From the IMG/VR virus record IMGVR_UViG_3300042507_002438, positions 1-63,187 of that record: a stretch of 63,187 nt of DNA; one strand, given 5' to 3'. The translations under genes and the position numbers were made by a program. The notes under the pieces were generated by a model, which saw nothing but the letters and a program-made list of their open reading frames with translations, was not told where the DNA came from and ran no database searches. Source of the stretch: a virus (Duplodnaviria > Caudoviricetes). Positions 48,971 to 55,067 of the stretch are shown piece by piece (the first letter of the stretch is position 1; each line of letters starts with the position of its first letter).

Positions 48971-49194
48971 TTGTTAAACTTGTTTCTGTAGTACTCTTTC
49001 TGTTCTTTTTGTACGTTTGTAAACACCGAGTTGAACGTGTTCGGGTCTATCTTTGGAAAGTCAGGCTCTCTGTATGGCTCGGCCTCACTTATGGGCTCTC
49101 GGCCCGCGTTCTTGGTCACGTAGTACAGCATGGCGGCATACACTATGTACCCCGCCCCTGCCATTAGTATGAAAAAACCTATCGTGTTACTCAT
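48967..49194 (-). CDS. Small membrane protein
   Basis: MSNTIGFFILMAGAGYIVYAAMLYY TM; GGAGG upstream. Confidence 0.65.
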   Translation of the reverse strand: MSNTIGFFILMAGAGYIVYAAMLYYVTKNAGREPISEAEPYREPDFPKIDPNTFNSVFTNVQKEQKEYYRNKFNK

Positions 49195-49426
49195 CTTTAC
49201 CTCCTTGTATTTTATCACGCATCCATTTTGCTCCTTTTCTAAATCCATTCATAACTCCTAAATCAAAATCACCACTGCATTCTTTTGGCTCTGCTTGGTA
49301 AATCTCCTCGTCACTTGGTATTTCGATGTGTGTTATTTCATTCATAAGATGTTCAATATGCAGTGGCGTGAATTTGTCTGTCTTAATTAGCATTGTTTTT
49401 ACTTGTTCTTCTGTGTATAGTTTCAT
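49187..49426 (-). CDS. Hypothetical protein ending QGGKDE
   Basis: LYTEEQV...PSDEEI...GF..GAKWMR. Confidence 0.7.
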   Translation of the reverse strand: MKLYTEEQVKTMLIKTDKFTPLHIEHLMNEITHIEIPSDEEIYQAEPKECSGDFDLGVMNGFRKGAKWMRDKIQGGKDE

Positions 49427-49692
49427 TGCTCACCTCCTCCGTAGGTTTCGTTGTATGCTTTTGCTTCGTCTAAATAAGTTATAATATGCTGAGTATCGTG
49501 GTGATTTATTTCTCCCATCTCCCCCGCTTTGAGAACATCTTCCTTGGTGTAACCCCTATTTTTATTCTGCATTTCTTTGGCTTGTTGAAATTTTATGGCT
49601 ATTACTCTTTTTTCTGATTGTGGCTTCCATTCTATATGTTCCCAAATTTCATTTTGCAACCACTCTACTGCCGTCTGTTGTTTATTGTTCAT
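49423..49692 (-). CDS. TAVxWL family protein ending ETYGGGEQ
   Basis: KQQTAVEWL...QAKEM. Confidence 0.7.
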   Translation of the reverse strand: MNNKQQTAVEWLQNEIWEHIEWKPQSEKRVIAIKFQQAKEMQNKNRGYTKEDVLKAGEMGEINHHDTQHIITYLDEAKAYNETYGGGEQ

Positions 49693-49997
49693 TTGTTACC
49701 TCCGTATGTTTCGTTAAATTTTACAATCAATTCCTTAACTCTAAAATATAATGTTTCATTCACAAAATGTTTTTGATACATTTTGAATTTATGGTTGTAC
49801 TTATATTCATTGCTGTTCAACCAATTAACAAAATCAATGCTAAATTCATTTTGTTGATTTTTCTCTATCCCTTTAACGACGGAGATTACGTGTTCTAACA
49901 AATACTGGTTTTGTTGGTAGATTGAACGCATTTGAGTTGGAAATTTCTGATTCAATTGCTCAATTAACTGCTCTACTGTGCTTTGTTGTTTACTCAT
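49689..49997 (-). CDS. TAVxWL-like family protein ending ETYGGNK
   Basis: KQQSTVEQL...; ATGA overlap. Confidence 0.7.
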   Translation of the reverse strand: MSKQQSTVEQLIEQLNQKFPTQMRSIYQQNQYLLEHVISVVKGIEKNQQNEFSIDFVNWLNSNEYKYNHKFKMYQKHFVNETLYFRVKELIVKFNETYGGNK

Positions 49998-50157
49998 CTT
50001 CTAGCATTTTATAGATTAATACATAGCCGCCCGATATCAACGTAATTGTCATCAGTGCGACCCAAAAGTCCGTCATGACTAGCGAAAGGGTCACTAGCCC
50101 CACTATCATCAGCATTGTAGATAGTAGCAGTCCTACTGCGTATAGATGTCTTTTCAT
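49990..50157 (-). CDS. 55-aa two-TM membrane protein
   Basis: MKRHLYAVGLLLSTMLMIVGLVTLSLV...; ATGA overlap with the upstream gene; below ORF-track cutoff. Confidence 0.65.
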   Translation of the reverse strand: MKRHLYAVGLLLSTMLMIVGLVTLSLVMTDFWVALMTITLISGGYVLIYKMLEDE

Positions 50158-50447
50158 TCTTCTGTATACTTATGGTGTGAAATAATGTCCAAGTCGTCGG
50201 GAGCCTCCACGACACTCATCGTGTTCTCTTGTCTGTCGTAACAGATTAGTCTGTTGTACGGGGCGAGCAGGTGTGCCTTCCTCATAAAGAATAGTTGTCC
50301 CCACTCCCTGAGGTTTGCGCCATCAGGGATGGACTCGATATCGATCAGGTCTAGGCCGGCCTTGTCTGTGTACACGTCGCCCGTGTTTGCGTTGTAGCAG
50401 AGCACCTCATACTCGTGTGCCCTGCTCATAAATAAGAATAAGTTCAT
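50154..50447 (-). CDS. Hypothetical protein
   Basis: ATG 50447 in an ATGA overlap. Confidence 0.65.
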   Translation of the reverse strand: MNLFLFMSRAHEYEVLCYNANTGDVYTDKAGLDLIDIESIPDGANLREWGQLFFMRKAHLLAPYNRLICYDRQENTMSVVEAPDDLDIISHHKYTEE

Positions 50448-50617
50448 TTCCAAATAATTAAGTGTTTGCCACCGCGTGGCCCGTAGTGTGTGTGCTCGTA
50501 ACGTTTCTTCTCTGTGTTGTACGCAAGTTCGCCCTGAACCCAGTACATTTGACCCTTAAAGTCGTACTCGTAGTACTGAGCCTTGTGGTCTTGTGTTGTG
50601 CCTTTAGTTATTCTCAT
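50444..50617 (-). CDS. 57-aa hypothetical protein
   Basis: MRITKGTT...YGPRGGKHLIIWK*; fills the gap. Confidence 0.6.
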   Translation of the reverse strand: MRITKGTTQDHKAQYYEYDFKGQMYWVQGELAYNTEKKRYEHTHYGPRGGKHLIIWK

Positions 50618-50864
50618 AAAATTGTATTGAATTTTGTAGTGTACCCTTTGTGCCCGCCTCTACCATGGAGCGGGATGGAATTGTCTGTCCGTATGCGCCG
50701 CGTCGTGCCTTTCTTGGAAGGAAGCACGCACCTATCTCTAGTAAGTGCATTGCCTCTCGTCCAAGTGAGCCCTCCATGTGCCACACGGCACCCGTCTCGA
50801 TAATGTTTTGCATCTTGTCGTATCCATACACGACTTGCAGTTTTCTAATCTCTGTAATCTTCAT
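50604..50864 (-). CDS. Hypothetical early protein
   Basis: Q..I..G..W..EGS.GR.AM..LE.G.C.L. Confidence 0.75.
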   Translation of the reverse strand: MKITEIRKLQVVYGYDKMQNIIETGAVWHMEGSLGREAMHLLEIGACFLPRKARRGAYGQTIPSRSMVEAGTKGTLQNSIQFYENN

Positions 50865-51102
50865 GGTCTTCGCTCATTATATTGTTAATTATTTCCCTCA
50901 CGTCGTTCTCGTCGTAGCACTCCATGAACCATGAATGCTTGAGGTACTCGTTCTCTTCGCACAAGAAATGTATCAGCATGTGCCGTCTCATCTCTCGCTC
51001 GCTGTCCCACTCGTAGCCCGAAAAGTCGTCCGAGTGCCACACTTCTTCTGTTGGGTAGTAGACCGCCTCGGCCTCAAACCCCTCTTCAAATATTATTTTC
51101 AT
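50845..51102 (-). CDS. Acidic early protein
   Basis: 85 aa, E/D-rich. Confidence 0.65.
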   Translation of the reverse strand: MKIIFEEGFEAEAVYYPTEEVWHSDDFSGYEWDSEREMRRHMLIHFLCEENEYLKHSWFMECYDENDVREIINNIMSEDHEDYRD

Positions 51103-51200
51103 TTTTTGTCGTTGTCAATTAGTGTAATAATCCCTACAAATAATAGATAGATAACGCCCATCGTCGCTATGCATATCAGTTGCCATACATGATGATTCAT
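51099..51200 (-). CDS. 33-aa single-TM peptide
   Basis: MNHHVWQLICIATMGVIYLLFVGIITLIDNDKK*; ATGA overlap. Confidence 0.45.
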   Translation of the reverse strand: MNHHVWQLICIATMGVIYLLFVGIITLIDNDKK

Positions 51201-51203
51201 TGT

Positions 51204-51620
51204 TTAGTCCTCCCACTCTGTATAGTAACTATCCCCGTCGTCGTCATACTCTTCCTCCCACGTGGTATTGTACACGTTCTTGCACACGGCATCCCTACAC
51301 TCGTCGCAGCAAGCATGCGCCTCACCGCCTCTGAATACGTAACCCTCTGTGAAATTCCAATCGCCGCAGTTGTCACAATATCTGTAGTCGTCGTTGTGTC
51401 TGTTGCATGCATAGATAAATGTAGCCTTTTCAAAGTCGGTCAACTTCTCTCCATCAATCCAATCTGATGGTTTACAATTTGGGTCCTCAAGATACTCGGC
51501 TACTAAACTCTTCATGTAAATTGAATTTGCAACCTCTTCTCTTAATTCGTTAATTGCCCATAGTTCATTCATGATGACTACGCTCTTGACGATTTCATTT
51601 GATTTTAATAGTTGTTTCAT
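51204..51620 (-). CDS. Early protein with zinc finger and acidic tail
   Basis: CDNC...EGY...CCDEC...YYTEWE; ACACTATATC leader. Confidence 0.75.
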   Translation of the reverse strand: MKQLLKSNEIVKSVVIMNELWAINELREEVANSIYMKSLVAEYLEDPNCKPSDWIDGEKLTDFEKATFIYACNRHNDDYRYCDNCGDWNFTEGYVFRGGEAHACCDECRDAVCKNVYNTTWEEEYDDDGDSYYTEWED

Positions 51621-51641
51621 GATATAGTGTATTAATTAGTT

Positions 51642-51863
51642 TTATTGGTTAAATCCCCATTGCTCTACGAAATGGTTGTTGCATTCGCTACACCTTACAA
51701 TGCGCTGTATTGCGTTTCCTACTTGCTGCCTCTCTTCGGTTGGGGTGTACTCTGTTTCGTCCCCACAATGTCTACATATCTTTTTGTATGAGATAATTAT
51801 TTTCTTGCTTGAGGTGTTGTCATATGCCGACTCCCAAGTTACTTGATGCGCTACTTGTTTCAT
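51642..51863 (-). CDS. Zinc-ribbon protein
   Basis: CRHC...CSEC. Confidence 0.65.
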   Translation of the reverse strand: MKQVAHQVTWESAYDNTSSKKIIISYKKICRHCGDETEYTPTEERQQVGNAIQRIVRCSECNNHFVEQWGFNQ

Positions 51864-52075
51864 GCTTGTTCGATTAATTTGATGATTTCTTCAGTTGACT
51901 CCAACACCTCAAACCCACCATTGTTATGGGTAGCTACGCCAACTCTTGTGTACTTTGGCTTTATCCTATTGTCGGCATTTTCGGGAACCTCATACATATG
52001 ACCAATGTGCATGGGGTTCACGTACAATTCTTCTTTTTTGTTAAGGTAGAATGTTGTTAGTTTAATTAGTTTCAT
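51860..52075 (-). CDS. FlbD-like small protein
   Basis: IKLT....E.YVN...I......V.ES.EEI...I; ATG 52075 follows the ACACTATATT leader. Confidence 0.65.
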   Translation of the reverse strand: MKLIKLTTFYLNKKEELYVNPMHIGHMYEVPENADNRIKPKYTRVGVATHNNGGFEVLESTEEIIKLIEQA

Positions 52076-52095
52076 AATATAGTGTATTAATTTGT

Positions 52096-52141
52096 TTGAA
52101 CCGCGGAGGGGAATCGAACCCCTCTCGTTCCTTTCGCGGTT
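52096..52141 (-). ncRNA. Mini-tRNA-like element 3 (degenerate)
   Basis: AACCGCG-AAAGGAACGA-GAGGGG-TTCGATT-CCCCTC-CGCGGTT-CAA; intergenic. Confidence 0.7.
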
Positions 52142-52145
52142 AGTA

Positions 52146-52418
52146 TTATAGATGTCCTCCAAATACTTTATTGTTGTCTTCAATTAAGTCAAATCTAGTT
52201 TCAGACTCGCAGTCTATCCAATCCATTCCGTCTTGCAGTCCAAAGCCAAAATCAAATTCTGATTTACTTATGTTGTCGTCCAATTGTTCAACAAACAATT
52301 CGTGGTTATCCAAAAGCCACTCGTGTATCTTGTCTTGGCTGATGTGAGATGGAACTTCGATAGTTACTGACGCTACCTTATGGTAAACTTCTCTTGTTGT
52401 GATTGTTACTTGTTTCAT
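52146..52418 (-). CDS. Early hypothetical protein
   Basis: 90 aa; ACACTATATC leader. Confidence 0.75.
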   Translation of the reverse strand: MKQVTITTREVYHKVASVTIEVPSHISQDKIHEWLLDNHELFVEQLDDNISKSEFDFGFGLQDGMDWIDCESETRFDLIEDNNKVFGGHL

Positions 52419-52429
52419 GATATAGTGTA

Positions 52430-52714
52430 TTATTTTAAGCCTAGGTTGATGTTGATTTGATTGAACATTACAGAACTTTCAAGGTCTTCTAGAAATCCTA
52501 CCTCAATGCCGTAAGTGTCAGTATCTTTTATATTGTCGCTATATTGGACTAAAGACTCTGATTCGTCATCGTGAAGTCTGAAGACCTCCTTGTTCATGTT
52601 CATTAGGTCTAGAACCTCGGTGTGTTTAACCTCTTGGAAGATAAACCCGTCCAAGTTGTAATAAGTTTCACATGGCGCTAAGCCCAATTTTTTTACGTTT
52701 GTTAATTTTTTCAT
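52430..52714 (-). CDS. Early hypothetical protein
   Basis: ATG 52714 after the conserved leader; F.L.DD.SES.....GIEVG. Confidence 0.75.
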   Translation of the reverse strand: MKKLTNVKKLGLAPCETYYNLDGFIFQEVKHTEVLDLMNMNKEVFRLHDDESESLVQYSDNIKDTDTYGIEVGFLEDLESSVMFNQININLGLK

Positions 52715-52735
52715 GATATAGTGTATTAAATTGTT

Positions 52736-52783
52736 TGGTTCCCGTGACCCGACTCGAACGGGTAGCATGCCATTGGCACGGGA
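52736..52783 (-). ncRNA. Mini-tRNA-like element 2
   Basis: TCCCGTG-13 nt-ACCCG-TTCGAGT-CGGGT-CACGGGA-ACCA; perfect 7+5 bp. Confidence 0.85.
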
Positions 52784-52788
52784 TGAGA

Positions 52789-53136
52789 CTAGTCTAGGTA
52801 TATAGACTTGTCGTTGTTGACGTCGTAGATTGCCTTCTGATGATTGGCGTGCCCGTAAGCAATGGCGACCTCTCTGTCTTGGATGTTCATGCTCAAGTCT
52901 AGGTATAACTTGTTGTCGTCTACCCAAGCGCCAAAGTACGTGTACTCTGACCTTAGTTGTGCTTGTGGTCTGTACCTATCGCACGTCTTGTTTATCTCTT
53001 CGTCCGATATGTCATCAAAGTTGTCGATGATGAACTCTAGCCCCTCTAGGCTGACCATGTAGCCCGACGTTGGCGCGCTGTTGTCCTTGTCCAAGGAAAA
53101 CCCGCCGTTACTTTTGAGTAAGTTTGCGTAATTCAT
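52789..53136 (-). CDS. Early phage protein
   Basis: GGF...P..GYMVS...G.W.D....YLD.S...A...G....Q.AIYD. Confidence 0.75.
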   Translation of the reverse strand: MNYANLLKSNGGFSLDKDNSAPTSGYMVSLEGLEFIIDNFDDISDEEINKTCDRYRPQAQLRSEYTYFGAWVDDNKLYLDLSMNIQDREVAIAYGHANHQKAIYDVNNDKSIYLD

Positions 53137-53278
53137 TTTCAATTTCTCTTTTAAGTTCTAGTTGTCGTTCAATTGCTCGCGTTAATTTGTTGGCGTACTC
53201 GTGGCGCCCCTCTTGGTGCACTAGGTAGGCTAACTTGCCTACCCGTTGTGCGATTTCGATTAGTTCTTCTATTAGCAT
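53108..53278 (-). CDS. 56-aa helical protein
   Basis: MLIEELIEIAQRVG...; fills the gap. Confidence 0.55.
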   Translation of the reverse strand: MLIEELIEIAQRVGKLAYLVHQEGRHEYANKLTRAIERQLELKREIENELRKLTQK

Positions 53279-53517
53279 AAATCTTTGTTTGATACTTTAA
53301 GTGTGTTGTTGTGCTGTTCTGAAATCATGTCGATTGCGACTCTGTATACACGTCCGTTCGGCATTTGATAGGTCACGTACTCTTGGAGTGCGCCCGTCGT
53401 GGAGCGGTGTGTAACCACCCCACTGCGCCATGCTTGATTTCGGTAGACCTTACACTCTCTAGCCCACCCGCGAAACTCGTCGCGTGCTTCGGGCAGTTCA
53501 TTTAATAGGTTAGTCAT
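53272..53517 (-). CDS. Early hypothetical protein
   Basis: MTNLLNEL...; start uncertain (53556 possible). Confidence 0.65.
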   Translation of the reverse strand: MTNLLNELPEARDEFRGWARECKVYRNQAWRSGVVTHRSTTGALQEYVTYQMPNGRVYRVAIDMISEQHNNTLKVSNKDLC

Positions 53518-53521
53518 GTCG

Positions 53522-53710
53522 TTAGTTGATTTTGTTTGATTGAATATGTAATTCATGCAGCATGTCTGATACGTTACATATCATCTGTTCTGTGTGCATT
53601 AAGTTTTGTTGGTCAGCAAAGCATTCGCCTTTTTCCATGTTGTACATTTTGCGAAGTGTCTTAAGAAACTTCTCGCATGCAGCAATTTTTTCTTCTTGAA
53701 TTGTTCTCAT
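53522..53710 (-). CDS. Early hypothetical protein
   Basis: 62 aa; conserved leader. Confidence 0.7.
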   Translation of the reverse strand: MRTIQEEKIAACEKFLKTLRKMYNMEKGECFADQQNLMHTEQMICNVSDMLHELHIQSNKIN

Positions 53711-53727
53711 GATATAGTGTGTTATGG

Positions 53728-54006
53728 TTAATATGTGTACAATGTGTTGTTGAAATTAATCGGGAGTTTTTTTGCTTTGATATATCCGTTACGCATGGTT
53801 TTGTATGTATTAATTGGCATCCAAAAACCAAAGCAAGACAAGAATGAGGATACGTAGATAAATGCCGCCTTATCCGTCATTACAATAGCGCGGCATCCGT
53901 GAGTTACCTCTTCATTTTGTGAGATTTTAAAAATTGGCTCGTCGGATGACTCATATTTTAACTTGAAGTCATCGGACATTTGCGGTGTAATTTTGATTGT
54001 CTTCAT
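53728..54006 (-). CDS. Early hypothetical protein
   Basis: ATG 54006 after the conserved leader, 21 nt from the hammerhead cut. Confidence 0.7.
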   Translation of the reverse strand: MKTIKITPQMSDDFKLKYESSDEPIFKISQNEEVTHGCRAIVMTDKAAFIYVSSFLSCFGFWMPINTYKTMRNGYIKAKKLPINFNNTLYTY

Positions 54007-54021
54007 GATATAGTGTGTTAT

Positions 54022-54071
54022 GGTTAAGACGCCCGTAGGCGTTTCGTCCAATTAGGACTCTTCAGTTAACC
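54022..54071 (-). ncRNA. Type I hammerhead ribozyme 1
   Basis: GGUUAA-CUGAAGA-GUCC-UAAUU-GGAC-GAAA-CGCC-UACG-GGCG-UC/UUAACC; complete core, three perfect stems. Confidence 0.93.
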
Positions 54072-54272
54072 TTTGTGGTCGTGAAAAACAACTTGGTGCG
54101 ACCTAATTAGTTCGGGTATACAATACGCGTCCCAATCACCGCTCTCTATTTTGTTGTCAGCATAATCAATTGCCTCCTCAATTGGTACGTTTACATACGG
54201 GCAGTTCGCATAGATTTCGTTTGGAATTTCACTAACGAATACGTCGTTGAAGTAGATTGTTACTAGTTGCAT
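54066..54272 (-). CDS. 68-aa acidic early protein bracketed by two hammerheads
   Basis: Conserved leader; stop codon lies in hammerhead stem I. Confidence 0.75.
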   Translation of the reverse strand: MQLVTIYFNDVFVSEIPNEIYANCPYVNVPIEEAIDYADNKIESGDWDAYCIPELIRSHQVVFHDHKG

Positions 54273-54287
54273 GATATAGTGTTTTAT

Positions 54288-54339
54288 GGTTAATATGCCC
54301 CGCAGGGCATTTCGTCTATTGAAGACTCGTCAGTTAACC
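54288..54339 (-). ncRNA. Type I hammerhead ribozyme 2
   Basis: GGUUAA-CUGACGA-GUCU-UCAAU-AGAC-GAAA-UGCCC-UGCG-GGGCA-UA/UUAACC; stems covary with copy 1. Confidence 0.93.
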
Positions 54340-54501
54340 TCTTACTCCTCCATTGTAGCACCTTTTCACTTTGTAGTGAGAAGACCCAATTTGCTTTTCC
54401 ATTTTTTTCGCTTGAACACAAGCATCTTTTAGGTTTGAAGCAATTATGTAAATGCTTGAAGGCTTGCCGTTTGAGTAGATTACATTGTAGGTGTTGTTCA
54501 T
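54334..54501 (-). CDS. 55-aa first early protein
   Basis: MNNTYNVIYSNG...NGGVRG*; conserved leader; stop in hammerhead stem I. Confidence 0.7.
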   Translation of the reverse strand: MNNTYNVIYSNGKPSSIYIIASNLKDACVQAKKMEKQIGSSHYKVKRCYNGGVRG

Positions 54502-54520
54502 GATATAGTGTGTAATTAGT

Positions 54521-54568
54521 TGGTTACCTAGAGCGGACTCGAACCGCTTGCACGCCTAGTGCTAGGTA
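54521..54568 (-). ncRNA. Mini-tRNA-like element 1
   Basis: TACCTAG-13 nt-AGCGG-TTCGAGT-CCGCT-CTAGGTA-ACCA; perfect 7+5 bp. Confidence 0.85.
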
Positions 54569-54855
54569 ATGTTACATGGTAGCCGTACCAAATAGGACTC
54601 ATTTGTATGCCTCGCAGCGGGACTATATACGCTGCTGTTAGTCGTTTCGCCGAATCTTCATGACGATTTACTCAAAGGTCACTATCGGGGCGCCGTATCG
54701 CGTTACACACTATGTCAGAGCATGTCACCTAATCGGGTTAGGCTAGCGTACGGGTTATTTCAAAGAACTTATACTATCGGCGGGGAGCCAAAGGCTGCAA
54801 CCCTAGAAGTAATAGTATGTAAGTAAAAGAACGATGTTGAACTAAATCAACGATA

Positions 54856-54887
54856 CAAAGGTATATCGGGGGTTTTGACTATGCAAG
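54856..54887 (-). promoter_or_regulatory. Main early promoter (Bacteroidota -33/-7)
   Basis: CTTG-20 nt-TACCTTTG, canonical spacing, heads the whole - strand arm. Confidence 0.8.
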
Positions 54888-54951
54888 TTATATGCAAAAT
54901 ATTTTTGATTTTCTGACATTTGCGTGACAAAGTTTTTTGAGTTTGATTGAT

Positions 54952-54964
54952 TATCAATGAGTTA
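54952..54964 (+). promoter_or_regulatory. IHF-type binding site
   Basis: TATCAATGAGTTA matches WATCAANNNNTTR. Confidence 0.5.
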
Positions 54965-55010
54965 CAAATCCATGTTAAAAAATGATGAAGAGAAGGTGGG
55001 GTAAACTCTC

Positions 55011-55067
55011 TGTTTCACGCACAAATGTTCCACGGAACTAATGCTGTTTCACGGCCAATGTTCCACG
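55011..55067 (+). repeat. Four direct TGTTYCACG repeats
   Basis: At 55011, 55026, 55045 and 55059. Confidence 0.75.

Noticed and set aside
50009-50215. 68-aa ORF in the track
   Set aside because: The alternative frame 49990-50157 has an ATGA overlap and a coherent two-TM product
51860-54051. Long ORF-track versions 51860-52183, 52430-52927 and 53728-54051
   Set aside because: The extensions run through the RNA elements or overlap other genes; the conserved leader marks ATGs at 52075, 52714 and 54006
52096-54568. T-arm motifs as canonical tRNA genes or attP sites
   Set aside because: No anticodon arm and only 46-48 nt; no integrase seen; each has its own complementary 5' acceptor strand, which an att scar would not need
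54640-54666. AUGAAGA...GAAACG as a third hammerhead
   Set aside because: Core starts AUGA rather than CUGA and no stem II can form
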